Positions 8,949 to 19,900 of a stretch of DNA of 64,000 nt are shown here, in pieces. The stretch is from Myxococcota bacterium (GTDB lineage Bacteria > Myxococcota_A > UBA9160 > UBA4427). The stretch covers positions 3,523-67,522 of the forward strand of contig JAPKBZ010000015.1 of NCBI GenBank assembly GCA_028823175.1, written 5' to 3'. The notes under the pieces were generated by a model. It was not told the origin of the DNA. It saw nothing but the letters and a program-made list of their open reading frames with translations, and ran no database searches. The number at the start of each line of letters is the position of its first letter. Position 1 is the stretch's first letter. The translations under genes were made by a program, and so were the position numbers.

Positions 8949-11030
8949 GTGGCCCCCGACTCTTCACCCCCATCTCCTGCTTCTCCCTCGGACCTCCCCG
9001 GCAACCGGCTCTCCGCGGCATCGAGCGCCTACCTTCTCCAACACAGCCAGAACCCCGTCGACTGGTATCCCTGGGGACCCGAGGCCCTGGCACGAGCCCA
9101 GGAGCTCGATCGCCCGCTGCTGGTCTCCATCGGCTACAGCGCCTGTCACTGGTGCCACGTGATGGAGCGGGAGTCCTTCGAAAACCAGGCCACCGCAGAG
9201 TTCATGAACGCAAATTTCATCTGCATCAAGGTGGATCGCGAGGAGCGGCCCGATGTGGACCAGATCTACATGGACGCGGTCGTTCGACTCAACCAGGGTC
9301 AGGGTGGCTGGCCTCTCACCGCCTTCTGCCTGCCCGATGGGGGGCCCTTCTTCGGCGGCACCTACTACCCCGACGAACCGCGCCACGGCATGCCGAGCTT
9401 CCGCCAGGTACTCGAGGCGCTTGCCGACGCCTATGCGAATCGCAGGGGCGAGGTCGAGGATGCGGCCCGCCAGGTCGTCGCCTCTCTTCAGATCGATCTC
9501 GGGGCCGCCTCGGGCAAGCCCGTGGCCAGCGAGGCCGCGAAGCGGGCTTGTGAACTCCTCATGCGCGGAGCAGACCACGATCACGGAGGATTCGGCTCTG
9601 GCCCGAAATTTCCCACACCGACGAACCTCGAGTTCCTCCTCGCCGCCATCGACCTGCTCCCGGCGGACGAGGCCAGACCCGTTGCCCTTCACCTGACAAA
9701 AACCGCTCGGGAAATGGCCCGACGGGGCCTATTCGATCACCTGGGTGGAGGCTTCCACCGCTACTGCGTGGATCGCGCCTGGACGATTCCCCATTTCGAA
9801 AAAATGCTCTACGACCAGGGACTCCTCCTGCGCTTCTACGCCGAAGTGCTGCGCCGGGGAGGCGAAGCCGAAGAACTCGCCTGGCCCATCCGGGAAACCG
9901 TCGACTACCTCAGGCGGGAAATGACTTCGCCCGAAGGCGGCTTCTACGCGAGCCAGGATGCCGATGCCGAGGGCCGTGAAGGGGCCTTCCAGGTCTGGAC
10001 CCCTACAGAGATCGGGGCCGTTCTGGGTGAGGCCGCCGACGAGTTCTGCCAGGCCTACGGAGTCGACGAAGAGGGCAATTTCGAGGAGGGCAGCACTCAC
10101 CTTATCGATCAAAAACGGGCGGGTCGTGAACTATTCGCCGACGAACGAGCCCAACTCCTCATCGCCCGACAAAAACGGGTCGCCCCGGAAACGGATAAAA
10201 AGCGCGTGGCCGCCTGGAACGGGTATGCCATCTCGGGCCTGGTTCGAGCGGGCGATGCCCTGGCCGACCCAACAATGCTGACCGATGCGACCACGGCCAT
10301 GGATTTCGTTCTCGATGAAATGGTCGACCCTTCGGGCAGACTCCACCGTATCTTCAACCGGGGAGTCTCCAGTGTTCCGGCCTTCCTCGACGATCACGCC
10401 GCGCTCCTCGACGCATGCCTCGATCTCTTCCGCGCTGGGGCCGGAGAACGTTTCCTGGCAGCGGCCCTGCATTTTGGCCAAGAAATAGGCGATCGATTCA
10501 TCGACGAGGATCGGGGAGCGGTTTTCTTCACCGCGAACGACGGCGAGAAACTCGTTCACCGTCCCCAAAGCGACCATGACGGTGCCACCCCCGCAGCCGC
10601 AGGCCTTGCCGCCGTAGGCTTGATACGGCTGGCCCACCTCGCGCAGCTCCCGCCCATCGCCCAACAGGCGGAAATGATCATCATGACCCATGCTCCCCTC
10701 ATCGAACGCTCGCCCCACGCCCTCCCCACCCTCTTGCGCGCCATGACCCTCGCCGAGCGCAGCGTCTCTGTCGCAGTGATCCGGGGCGACGAGGATGACC
10801 CGCAAACCCTGGCCCTGGCGGCCCGGGCCAGGCGAGTTCTGCTTCCCGACGATGGGGTCGTCGTTCTTGCGCCGGGTGCGCCGCGACCGGTGGGGGTCGG
10901 CGCCGACTGGCTACGTGGCCGGGAGGGCCGGGCAGGCCAAGCAACGGCCTGGATCTGCCAGGGCACCCGTTGCTCACTGCCCATAACTGATCCCGCCGCG
11001 ATCGCGCCCCTTTCCTCAGTGACGGGGTAA
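8949..11030 (+). CDS. Thioredoxin-domain + six-hairpin glycosidase-like protein (YyaL/SPATA20/DUF255 family)
   Basis: [69 protein letters not shown]. Confidence 0.93.
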   Translation: MAPDSSPPSPASPSDLPGNRLSAASSAYLLQHSQNPVDWYPWGPEALARAQELDRPLLVSIGYSACHWCHVMERESFENQATAEFMNANFICIKVDREERPDVDQIYMDAVVRLNQGQGGWPLTAFCLPDGGPFFGGTYYPDEPRHGMPSFRQVLEALADAYANRRGEVEDAARQVVASLQIDLGAASGKPVASEAAKRACELLMRGADHDHGGFGSGPKFPTPTNLEFLLAAIDLLPADEARPVALHLTKTAREMARRGLFDHLGGGFHRYCVDRAWTIPHFEKMLYDQGLLLRFYAEVLRRGGEAEELAWPIRETVDYLRREMTSPEGGFYASQDADAEGREGAFQVWTPTEIGAVLGEAADEFCQAYGVDEEGNFEEGSTHLIDQKRAGRELFADERAQLLIARQKRVAPETDKKRVAAWNGYAISGLVRAGDALADPTMLTDATTAMDFVLDEMVDPSGRLHRIFNRGVSSVPAFLDDHAALLDACLDLFRAGAGERFLAAALHFGQEIGDRFIDEDRGAVFFTANDGEKLVHRPQSDHDGATPAAAGLAAVGLIRLAHLAQLPPIAQQAEMIIMTHAPLIERSPHALPTLLRAMTLAERSVSVAVIRGDEDDPQTLALAARARRVLLPDDGVVVLAPGAPRPVGVGADWLRGREGRAGQATAWICQGTRCSLPITDPAAIAPLSSVTG

Positions 11031-11112
11031 AGAGCGACTTTCCGACCCCCCACGGCCCCTGCTACATTGGCCGCTTAGACCTTTTCGTCCACCTCTTGCC
11101 GGAAAAAGCCTC

Positions 11113-11601
11113 GTGAAAATCAGGATCTGTTTCGTCTGCCTCGGAAATATCTGCCGCTCTCCCACCGCCGAAGGCATCATGCGTTCCCTGGTCGAAGAAG
11201 CCGGGCTTGAGGAATACATCGAAATCGACAGCGCGGGAACAAGTGCCGAGCACCTGGACGAGGAGCCCGACCCGCGTACCCACGAGGCGGCCGAGGAGAA
11301 CGGCATCAGCCTGGTGGGAACCGCACGGCAATTCGAGATCGAAGACTTCGCCGAGTTCGAGTACGTCATCGGCATGGACGGTGAGAATCGCGATGAACTT
11401 TCTTCCCTCGCTCCCGACGAGACTGCAGAGGAGAAAATTTTCTTGATCCGTGATTTCGAGCCCCGCGCACGTCGCGATCAGGACGTTCCCGACCCCTACT
11501 ACGGCGGCTCCGACGGGTTCGGTGAGGTCTTCGAAATTCTCAAGAATGCCTGCCGCGGCCTGATGGAACACGTAGTCATCCAGCACGACCTGCCGAGTTG
11601 A
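11113..11601 (+). CDS. Low-molecular-weight protein-tyrosine phosphatase
   Basis: P-loop FVCLGNICRSPTAE, DSAGT, VPDPYYG. Confidence 0.95.
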   Translation: MKIRICFVCLGNICRSPTAEGIMRSLVEEAGLEEYIEIDSAGTSAEHLDEEPDPRTHEAAEENGISLVGTARQFEIEDFAEFEYVIGMDGENRDELSSLAPDETAEEKIFLIRDFEPRARRDQDVPDPYYGGSDGFGEVFEILKNACRGLMEHVVIQHDLPS

Positions 11602-12458
11602 TGGACCCGGATCTTCGGGAACGGATCGAAGCTCTGCTGCCCGAACCCATCGAGAAGGCTCGCGAACTCGGCGGAGGTAGCATCGGCACGAGTTGGCGAG
11701 TGGACCTCGTATCGGGCCAGAGTTATTTCATCAAGCACTACGTCGAGGGACCGGCCGGTCTCGTGAGCGCGGAGGAAGCGGGGCTCGCCTGGCTCGCCGA
11801 AGCGGGCGCCCTGCCCACGGCGCGAACCGTCGCCAGCCTCGATGAGGACGCGATCCTGATCCTCGAGTGGATCGAGGGAGCCAAGGCGCGGAGCGATGCC
11901 GCCGAGCGCCTGGGCCGGGGCCTAGCCCAGCTCCACGCCTTCAGCGCCCCGGAATTCGGCTTCTCCGAGGACAATTTCATCGGCTCGCTCCCCCAGGCCA
12001 ACGCGGCCTGCGAGCACTGGGCGGATTTCTACGCCTACCGGCGCATCGAGCCCCTGGTGCGACGTGGCCAGGACGCGGGCCATATCCCCGCGGGGCTAGC
12101 CGGAGAGGCGAGCCGAATGCTCGCTCGCTTCGAGGCCCTTTGCGGCCCCTCGGAGCCCCCCGCCCGGCTCCACGGCGACCTCTGGAGCGGGAATGCCATG
12201 CTCGGGCCAGAGGGCGAATTCGTGCTCATCGACCCGGCGGTCTACGGCGGCCACCGAGAGGTCGACCTCGCCATGATGCAACTCTTCGGTGGCTTCCCCG
12301 ATCGGAGCTTCGATGCCTACTCCAACGAATTCCCTTTGGCGGCCGAGGCCGAAGAGCGCGTGGCCTTCTATCAACTCTACCCGCTGCTGGTCCACGTGAA
12401 CCTCTTCGGCGAAAGCTACGTGGACTCCTTCGCAAGGGCATTGCGAACCTATCGGTGA
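11601..12458 (+). CDS. Fructosamine/ketosamine-3-kinase family protein
   Basis: GGGSI, YFIK, DNFIGSLPQ, LHGDLWSGN, IDPAVYGGHREVDLAM. ATG overlaps the PTP stop (TGATG). Confidence 0.93.
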   Translation: MDPDLRERIEALLPEPIEKARELGGGSIGTSWRVDLVSGQSYFIKHYVEGPAGLVSAEEAGLAWLAEAGALPTARTVASLDEDAILILEWIEGAKARSDAAERLGRGLAQLHAFSAPEFGFSEDNFIGSLPQANAACEHWADFYAYRRIEPLVRRGQDAGHIPAGLAGEASRMLARFEALCGPSEPPARLHGDLWSGNAMLGPEGEFVLIDPAVYGGHREVDLAMMQLFGGFPDRSFDAYSNEFPLAAEAEERVAFYQLYPLLVHVNLFGESYVDSFARALRTYR

Positions 12459-12505
12459 GTCCAGAAATTTCTCGATGAGTCGGCCTGCAAGCGAGTCGAA
12501 GGGCT

Positions 12506-14515
12506 TCAGAAATCCACGGCGACGCCCACGAGAAAATTGAATTCGGGGGATGGATAAAAAGCTTGTTCGGTTGGGAAGCCGCCCAGCACGCCGTACTCGG
12601 AGTACGCGGCGTCGGTCAAGTTGTTCAGGTCGACAAAAACCGAGAGCCATTGACGCTGGTATTTCAGCTTGGCGTTCATCACGAAATAGCTTCCCTGGTC
12701 GGGGAAGACATTGGCAAAATCGCTGATGAAGGGACGGCTCCCCACGTAGGCACCATCCACCGCCACCGACACTCCGCCTCCCAGGGAGAGAAGACCCGAC
12801 AAGGTCAGTTGATGCGCGGGCACGCCGGGCACCTCGCTCCCCCCATAGGTACCACCGACGATCTGCGCATCCGTATATGCGTAGCCAAAACTGAAATCAA
12901 TATTCTTCACGCCCGCAAAGAGCGACAACTCCAGTCCCCGTCGCCGAGTCTCTCCATCGAGATTGGAATTCGTGAAGAACTCGGGATCCAGAAATATTTC
13001 GTGATGGGTGTCGATCTGGAAAAAATTCAGGCGTAAGCCGGAGCGATCATTAACCTGGTAGCGAACTCCGACTTCGTAATCCATCGAGACCTGAGCGTCG
13101 AGGCTCAAGTTGATCGTATTGAAGACGAAGTTAAAGAGCTCATCGAGAACCGGATAGCGAAAGCCTCGTGAGAAACTGAAATACGCGTCGAGGTCATCGC
13201 TGAACCGTTGAGTCAGGCCCAGGGTGTAGAGGTTTTCATCGAGGCTATTCGTATCCTGACCAAATTCACCAAATGAAAATTCTGCCCGGTCGTAGCGGTA
13301 GCCCGCAGAGAGAAGCACTCCGGAGATGAGCGCAATCTCCTCGTAGACGAACAAGCCGTAATCCTGTTTCTTGAGCTTGAAATTATCCAACGAGGGAAAG
13401 CCGCCGGAGTTCAGGAGGTTGACGATGTCCTCCTCGTTGCTCTCGTAGTCAAAGCCGAAAGTAGTGTGGCTCGCCATGCCGAAGACATCGAGATCCAGCA
13501 TCACCATCGGCGACGCAATCACGGTTTCGAGGGTCGTGTCTCCCTTGAAGTTCCCACCAAAAAACGTTGAAAATGCAGAGGAATCTCGCCTTCGAAAAGA
13601 GGCGTCCATTTTGAATCGGGCCTGATCGCCGAATCGGATCTCCGAGCCACCCTTGACGTAGAAGTCCTCGACGTTCGCGAAATCATCGGGGTGAACAGAA
13701 TCGGTTCGTGCCGCCCCGGCGTCCAATTCGCTGATCTTGAGGGCGCCCGGCAAGCGGGCCCGATTATTGGTGTAACCCCCGCTCGCGTGGAACTCCATCT
13801 CGGAGTTGGGGTGATAACCGAAGTCGGCGCCGAGGGAGTCGAACTGCGTCGCGCTGTTGTCACGATACCCTTCCGAGCGCTGGCGGCCGCCCGAGAACGC
13901 ATAAGTGATCTCACCTTCGGAACCTCGCAGATAGCCCGTCGTATCGAGGGTCCCATAACTTCCCATATCGACCTCGACCCCGGCCTCGAATTCCTGGCCT
14001 TGGCGAGTGAGGATATTGATGACACCCCCCGAAGCGTTATCGCCATAGATGACGCTGCTACGAGCACCCCGAACGATCTCGATACGATCTACGCGATCGA
14101 GTGGCATGGTGCTCCAATCCGTCCCACTGAGATCCGCCGAGTTTATCCGCCGGCCATCGACTAGGACAAGCGTATTGAGCGCGGCGGTTTCCCCGAAGCC
14201 CCGAATGTCCACGCTGTAGCTCGCTCGGTTACCCGTGATGTCGGTGACATGAAGACCGGCCTGGGTGCGCAGGAGATCGGGGATATTCCGGGCCACACTA
14301 TTTTCGATTTCTTCTGCGGTGATCACGCTGACGTTGGCGGGAATCGAATCGAGTTGTTTGGGGTAGCGTGTCGCGGTGACGACCATCTCTTCGAGCGGAC
14401 CGGCCGACACGGCTGCCAACCCGGAGTCGTCCTCTGCGACTGCAACGCCAGACAACCCGGCAAGCATCACAACAACTGCCACAGAGTTCAGCACCGACTT
14501 GTGGGACTCCAACAC
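12506..14515 (-). CDS. btuB: TonB-dependent receptor, BtuB-like cobalamin transporter
   Basis: Signal peptide, TonB box EEMVVTATR, plug IRGFG..LVLVDGRR..RIEIVRG..YG..GGVINI, C-terminal Phe. Lies under a B12 riboswitch. Start re-picked at GTG 14515, downstream of the terminator. Confidence 0.85.
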   Translation of the reverse strand: MLESHKSVLNSVAVVVMLAGLSGVAVAEDDSGLAAVSAGPLEEMVVTATRYPKQLDSIPANVSVITAEEIENSVARNIPDLLRTQAGLHVTDITGNRASYSVDIRGFGETAALNTLVLVDGRRINSADLSGTDWSTMPLDRVDRIEIVRGARSSVIYGDNASGGVINILTRQGQEFEAGVEVDMGSYGTLDTTGYLRGSEGEITYAFSGGRQRSEGYRDNSATQFDSLGADFGYHPNSEMEFHASGGYTNNRARLPGALKISELDAGAARTDSVHPDDFANVEDFYVKGGSEIRFGDQARFKMDASFRRRDSSAFSTFFGGNFKGDTTLETVIASPMVMLDLDVFGMASHTTFGFDYESNEEDIVNLLNSGGFPSLDNFKLKKQDYGLFVYEEIALISGVLLSAGYRYDRAEFSFGEFGQDTNSLDENLYTLGLTQRFSDDLDAYFSFSRGFRYPVLDELFNFVFNTINLSLDAQVSMDYEVGVRYQVNDRSGLRLNFFQIDTHHEIFLDPEFFTNSNLDGETRRRGLELSLFAGVKNIDFSFGYAYTDAQIVGGTYGGSEVPGVPAHQLTLSGLLSLGGGVSVAVDGAYVGSRPFISDFANVFPDQGSYFVMNAKLKYQRQWLSVFVDLNNLTDAAYSEYGVLGGFPTEQAFYPSPEFNFLVGVAVDF

Positions 14516-14546
14516 TTTTTCCCCCGCGCGCGAGATAGCCCGGGGC

Positions 14547-14581
14547 AAAAAAAACCCCGGACCGAAATAAATCGATCCGGG
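14547..14581 (-). terminator. Intrinsic terminator (attenuator) of the cobalamin riboswitch
   Basis: Minus strand CCCGGATCGA-TTTATT-TCGGTCCGGG-G-TTTTTTTT, between the aptamer and the btuB RBS. Confidence 0.8.
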
Positions 14582-14644
14582 ATATCCCTTCTTATCCACT
14601 GATCCAGGGCGAGCCTCGGTCCGTCGAGGATCTCGCCGCGCGTA

Positions 14645-14810
14645 TGGGCAGGTCTTCTGACTCTCGGATCGTTCTACTCGCCGCGCCTTCCCGACCCCGT
14701 GTTGCGGTCAGTGGTCCTTGCGGCTTTCGTCCCCGATTACAGCGACGGGCTCGTCCCTGATTCTCACAGGGTTCCCTCTTAGGCGCATCCGCCAGGGCCG
14801 AGCAGTGGAG
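14645..14810 (-). ncRNA. Cobalamin (B12) riboswitch
   Basis: Minus strand TAAGAGGGAACCCTGTGAGAATCAGGG..CCCGTCGCTGTAA..CCACTG..GGGAAGG..GAGTCAGAAGACCTGCC (B12 box), upstream of a TonB receptor. Confidence 0.93.
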
Positions 14811-15061
14811 TCGAAAAACTCTCGCCGCTTTTCTGCCCGGGACGGATATCGCACCCAGACGCAAATGCTATTCGGTTTTTTTGGGAGTGATTCTTGGAAG
14901 ACTCCTCCGGACTCAGCCAGAAATGGGGGCCAAAGAATACATCAGCCCCGCAAGAGGGGCCAACGACGGGCCGGGGGGCGAAACGAATTTTTTCCCTTTA
15001 GCCCCTCGGGGCATCGAGTTTCGACCAATGGCTGGGGATCCTCTTACTTCTACCCTAGAGT

Positions 15062-15075
15062 ACTGACTAGTCAGT
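15062..15075. promoter_or_regulatory. Perfect 14-bp palindrome, probable TetR operator
   Basis: ACTGACTAGTCAGT, about 20 bp upstream of the tetR start. Confidence 0.65.
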
Positions 15076-15094
15076 TCCTAAAAGGACCCCCCCC

Positions 15095-15763
15095 GTGCCC
15101 CCCCGATCCGACCTCAAGCGACAGCGAATACTCACGGCCGCCCGGGACGTCTGTGCCGAGAGCGGCTACGAGGCCGCTCGGATGGACGAGATCGCCCACC
15201 GGGCCGGGGTTTCGAAAGGGACCCTCTACAATTTCTTCGCGGGCAAGGAAGCCCTGTTGATCGCGACGGTGCTTTCGACCTACCAGGACTACATCGTCCT
15301 GCTCCCCGGCGTGGAAAACGACACCCTCGATCCGCGCGATCGCCTGGCCGCCCTGGCCGAATCCCTCGCCACCGGATTCGAGGCCATCGCCCAGCACCTG
15401 CTTCTGACCCATCAGGCCTGGAGCGTCGTCCTCAACTCGCCCGCCGCCCGGCAGGAATTGCTGGGCACCCTGCGTTCGATCTACTCGGGGTATACGGAAA
15501 CCCTGCAGTCGATTTTGGCGGCAGGCATCGAACGCGGAGTTCTACGCCCGGATATCGATATTTCCGTGGTCGCCACCAACTGGTTGGCGATCTACGACGG
15601 GCTCCTCTATCGCGCGGGCTTTGAGGAAGACGAACCCGACCCCGCGTATACAGCCGCGGGGGTCAGAACTTCCCTGGGCTGGCTGATCCAACAATTGCTC
15701 GTGACCGACACCGCACGGGCTGATGAGAAAATCGACATCGACAAGGAGAGCGTGCGCACATGA
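15095..15763 (+). CDS. TetR/AcrR family transcriptional regulator
   Basis: RQRILTAA..GYEAARMDEIAHRAGVSKGTLYNFFAGKEAL HTH. Confidence 0.95.
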   Translation: MPPRSDLKRQRILTAARDVCAESGYEAARMDEIAHRAGVSKGTLYNFFAGKEALLIATVLSTYQDYIVLLPGVENDTLDPRDRLAALAESLATGFEAIAQHLLLTHQAWSVVLNSPAARQELLGTLRSIYSGYTETLQSILAAGIERGVLRPDIDISVVATNWLAIYDGLLYRAGFEEDEPDPAYTAAGVRTSLGWLIQQLLVTDTARADEKIDIDKESVRT

Positions 15764-16941
15764 ACGACCCGAACAAAACAAAGCCAGCAGTCGGCTTGAA
15801 GATCGTGTTCCTCGCCTTGGCGGCGGCCGGGCTCGGGGGAGGCCTGCTGCTACGAGCCACAGCGCCCGACCCCCAGGCCCTTCCCCTCGCCCTCGCCCAG
15901 GCGCCGGTGGTGTCGAGCTACCGCATCGAAGCCCTGCCCTTTCAGCCGCGGACCACCCTCACCGGGCTGCTGGAGCCGCGACGGGAGGTGGAAATCTATG
16001 CCGAGATGGCGGGGCGCGTCGTGGAGGTCGGGGCGGATGAATTCGACTCGGTGGACAACGAGCAGGTTCTGCTCCGAATGGATCCCCTCCTGGCCAAGGT
16101 CGCGGTGAACCGGGCCGAAGCCGCCATCGCACGGGCCCAGAGCCAGGGGCTGCTGGCCCACGCCCAACTCAAACGCAACCAGGGGCTCGCGAAGGTCGAC
16201 GTCTCTAGCCGTGCCGCCCTGGACCAGGCCGAGGATGCGGCGCGCCAGGCCCGAGCGTCGCGACTGGAATCCGAGGCTGCTCTGGCCGAGGCGCGGGACC
16301 GCCTGCGCAAGATGGTGATCGCCGCTCCCTTTGCCGGGGTTCTGCGCGCGTTTACTGTCGAGGCCGGCGAGTACCTGCGACCGGGCGAACGGGTAGCCGA
16401 GTTGCTCGACGTCGGCGCCCTGCGCATCCGCGTGGCGCTAACGGATCGACAGATCATCTCCGTGCTTCCCGGGGTCGAAGCCAACCTCGAAGTCGATGCC
16501 CGGCCCGGCGAGATCTTTGCTGGGCGGGTAGTCGCCGTGGCGGGATCCGCCGACCTCAGGAGCCGAAAATTTCCGATCCTCGTCGAGGTCGACAATCGCG
16601 ATGGGCGCCTACTGCCGGGCATGGTCGCCCGGGTGAACTTGACCCTGGGTGAGCGGCGCGACCTGATGGCCCTGCCCCTGGATGCTGTTCTCGACGAATT
16701 CGGCTTGAAATTTGTTTTCGTCCTGGTTCCCGATGGCGAGGGCGGCTGGCAAAGCGCCAAGCGGCGAATCCATACTCGTCCCGTTGCCTTCCGGCCCGCG
16801 GAAGTCGAAATCGTCGCGGGGCTCGCCGAAGGCGAACTCATCGCCACTTCATCCATCCGCCAACTGAAGGATGAAATGGCCGTGCGTCCCGTCTCCTCCG
16901 AGGGCGATGACATCCACGCCACCCGGAATAACGCCCCGTGA
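15760..16941 (+). CDS. RND efflux periplasmic adaptor (membrane fusion protein)
   Basis: N-terminal anchor, lipoyl halves (AEMAGRV, IAAPFAGV), helical hairpin, LLPGMVARV; ATGA overlap with tetR. Confidence 0.92.
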   Translation: MNDPNKTKPAVGLKIVFLALAAAGLGGGLLLRATAPDPQALPLALAQAPVVSSYRIEALPFQPRTTLTGLLEPRREVEIYAEMAGRVVEVGADEFDSVDNEQVLLRMDPLLAKVAVNRAEAAIARAQSQGLLAHAQLKRNQGLAKVDVSSRAALDQAEDAARQARASRLESEAALAEARDRLRKMVIAAPFAGVLRAFTVEAGEYLRPGERVAELLDVGALRIRVALTDRQIISVLPGVEANLEVDARPGEIFAGRVVAVAGSADLRSRKFPILVEVDNRDGRLLPGMVARVNLTLGERRDLMALPLDAVLDEFGLKFVFVLVPDGEGGWQSAKRRIHTRPVAFRPAEVEIVAGLAEGELIATSSIRQLKDEMAVRPVSSEGDDIHATRNNAP

Positions 16942-19900
16942 GCCTGATTCGCTTCTCGGCGCGACAGGTCGTACTCGTCAACCTCTCCTTCGTAGTGCTG
17001 ATGCTGGCCGGCGTGCTGGTCAGCAGCCGCATCCCCGTCGACGTATTCCCGGATATTTCCTTCAACTCGGCAATCCTGGTCACACCCTGGCCGGGCGCAT
17101 CTGCCGACGAGGTCGAGCGCCTCGTCACGCGAAAGATCGAGGAGGAAGTCCGGGATATCGTCGGCATCAAGGAGTGGTACAGCTTCTCTTCGGAGGGACT
17201 CTCGGAAATCAACATCGAGTGGGAGGAGACCCTCAGCAAATTCGAGCAGCAGGCGGCGCTCAATGAACTCCGAGCAGCCATCGACCGAGTTGCGGACCTG
17301 CCAAGCGACGTGGACGAAAGCATCCTCAGGGAACTCTCAGTTTCCGAGGTCTCCAATATCTGCATGATCACCCTGACCGACCACGGGGGCATCGGCGAGT
17401 ACACCCTGCGCGAGTTGGCGCGCAATCTCGAACGCAAGGCGGAACGCATCGATGGCGTTCGCAAGGGCAAGCTGATGGGGGCCAGGGATCGCGAACTCCG
17501 GGTCTACGTCGACAAGGACAAGGCCCAGCAATTCGACATCACCCTCGAAGAAATAAGCGGGGCAATCGCTCGCAACAACATCAACCTGCCGGGCGGAACC
17601 TTCTCGGGCGAATCCGAACGGGAAACGACCGTCCGTGGCCTCGGGAATTTCGTTTCGCCCGAGGGCCTGGCCAACACAGTCATCCGCAAGAACCGCGACG
17701 GTCACCACACAACCCTGGCTGAAATCGCGGAGGTGGTGCCCGATTTCGAGAAAAGGCGGAGTTTCGGCTACCTCGACGGCCGCCCTGCCATCTTGATCGG
17801 AATCTCAAAGAATTCGGGCTCGGATATCGGTGAGGTCGTTGGGCGGATTCGCGAACTCGTGAATCAGGAATCCCCCAAGCTCCCCGAAGGCGTCGAGGCG
17901 CGGGTCATCTGGGATGAATCGACCTTCGTCAAAAAGCGGATCGGAATCCTGCGCGACAATCTCGCCCTGGGCGTCTGCTTCGTGGTCTTCGTGCTCTGGC
18001 TCACTGTTGGTTTTCGAAATTCACTCCTGGCCATTTTGGGCATTCCGTTTTCGTTCCTGGTCGCCCTGCTGATCTTTCCCACGCTGGGCATCACCATCAA
18101 CCTGCTCAGCCTGGTGGGCTTCGTCATGGTCTCGGGCATGCTGGTGTCCGATGCCATTATCGTGATCGAAAATATCTATCAGTATATCGAGGCCGGGGAG
18201 TCCGTGGTCGATGCGACGATCAAGGGTGCCGAGGAAGTCATGTGGCCGGTCATCTCGGCGGTCTGTACCACTATCGCCGCATTCGTCCCCATGTTGCTCG
18301 TCACGGGAACAAGCGGCCAGTTCATGTCGATTCTGCCGAAGACCGTAATCGCGTGCCTCGCAGCCTCGCTCATCGAATGCCTGTTGGTCTTGCCCGCCCA
18401 CTATATTGATTGGGGGAGCAGGTCCAAGGCCGGCGATGCCCAGGCAAAGGCCGAGTCCACGAAAGGCCTGCGGGCCTGGAGTCATCTATTGCGCTCCCGG
18501 ACGGACAGCACGATCGACTCCCTGAGAAACGCCTACGTTCGAGGACTCGAACGGGTGCTGGCCCATCGCGGAGCCTTCCTACTCACTTGCCTAGGCGCCT
18601 TCATCTTTGCCCAGGGACTCTCCACCCGGGTTCCCGTCGATCTCTTCCCCAGTGATTTCAACCAGCTCTTTGTCTCCATCGAGACGCCAGTGGATTTCAG
18701 TATCGAGGAGTCAAACAAGGTCATCCTCGGCCTCGAAGCCGCCCTCGAGCCTCTCGCCCACGAATTCCTCTCGGTGTCGACCTATGTGGGCCAGGGAATG
18801 TCCGCCGAGGAACGTCCGGTCTTCGGGAGCAATTACGGCGTGTTCTACGTCTCCTTCAAGGATTCCCAGGAGAATATCGCCGACCCCGGTCGCATGGTCC
18901 GACTGGTACGAGAAACCCTTGGAGAATATCGCGCAGAGAACCCCTATGGGATCCAGAAACTGATCGTAGTCCCGCCGCGCAACGGCCCACCCATCGGGAA
19001 ACCGGTGGCCGTGCGGGTGGTCTCGGAAGATTACGACCGCGCCAAGCAGATCGCCTCGAGTATGAAGATCGAGTTGGCCAACATGCCCGGAGTCTTCAAT
19101 ATCGAGGACAATATGCCCCTGGGACGCCGCGAACTCCGGGTGGGCCTGGATGACTACCGGGCCTCGCTTCACGGGGTCAGCTTCGATCGCATCGGCATCG
19201 CCCTGCGAGGGGCCAACGACGGCCTGGTTCCATCGACCTACAAGGATCCGCTCTCCGACGAAGATGTCGACATTCGAGTCCTTCTCCGGGAAGAACAGCG
19301 CTCGAGCGCCGCCGACCTGATCGACGTGGAGTTGCGAACCCCCGGGCAGTACAACGTGAAGATCGGAGACGTGGGAACCATCGACATGAGTCGCGGCTAC
19401 CAACGCCTCTACCACTACGATGCCCAGCGCGCCGTGGTCGTCTACGCCGACGTGGACAACCGACTCGCCACATCGGTTTCGGCCAACGAATCCCTGCGCG
19501 CGCGTTTTTCCGATACCGCCCAGCAGAACCCGGGTATGAACCTGGTCTTTGGCGGGGAGTATCAGGAGACCAACCAGGCCTTCGCAGACATGGGACGAGC
19601 CCTGATTGTCGCGCTGATCGCGATCTACACGATTCTCGCCGCCCAGTTCCGCTCGTACATTCAGCCCCTGGTGGTCATGTGCGTGATCGTCTTTGCCTAC
19701 ATCGGCGTGATTCTCGGGATGTATCTCTGGGGCTACTCGCTCTCGATGTATGTCCTCTACGCCCTCGTCGGCCTGGCGGGAATCGTCGTCAACGATTCCC
19801 TGGTGCTGATCGATTTCGTCAACAAGGAACGCGAGCGAGGCACGCCTGCCCTTGAAGCGGTGCTGATCGCCGGACGCCGGCGCTTTCGCGCCGTATTGCT

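Noticed and set aside
7664-9093. Extended ORFs 6731-8062 and 7660-9093 as listed in the track
   Set aside because: The extensions overlap neighbouring real genes and are low-complexity; starts were re-picked at 7663 and 8859.
14516-14599. ORF-track N-terminal extension of the TonB receptor
   Set aside because: It runs through the riboswitch terminator; the RBS and signal peptide fit GTG 14515.
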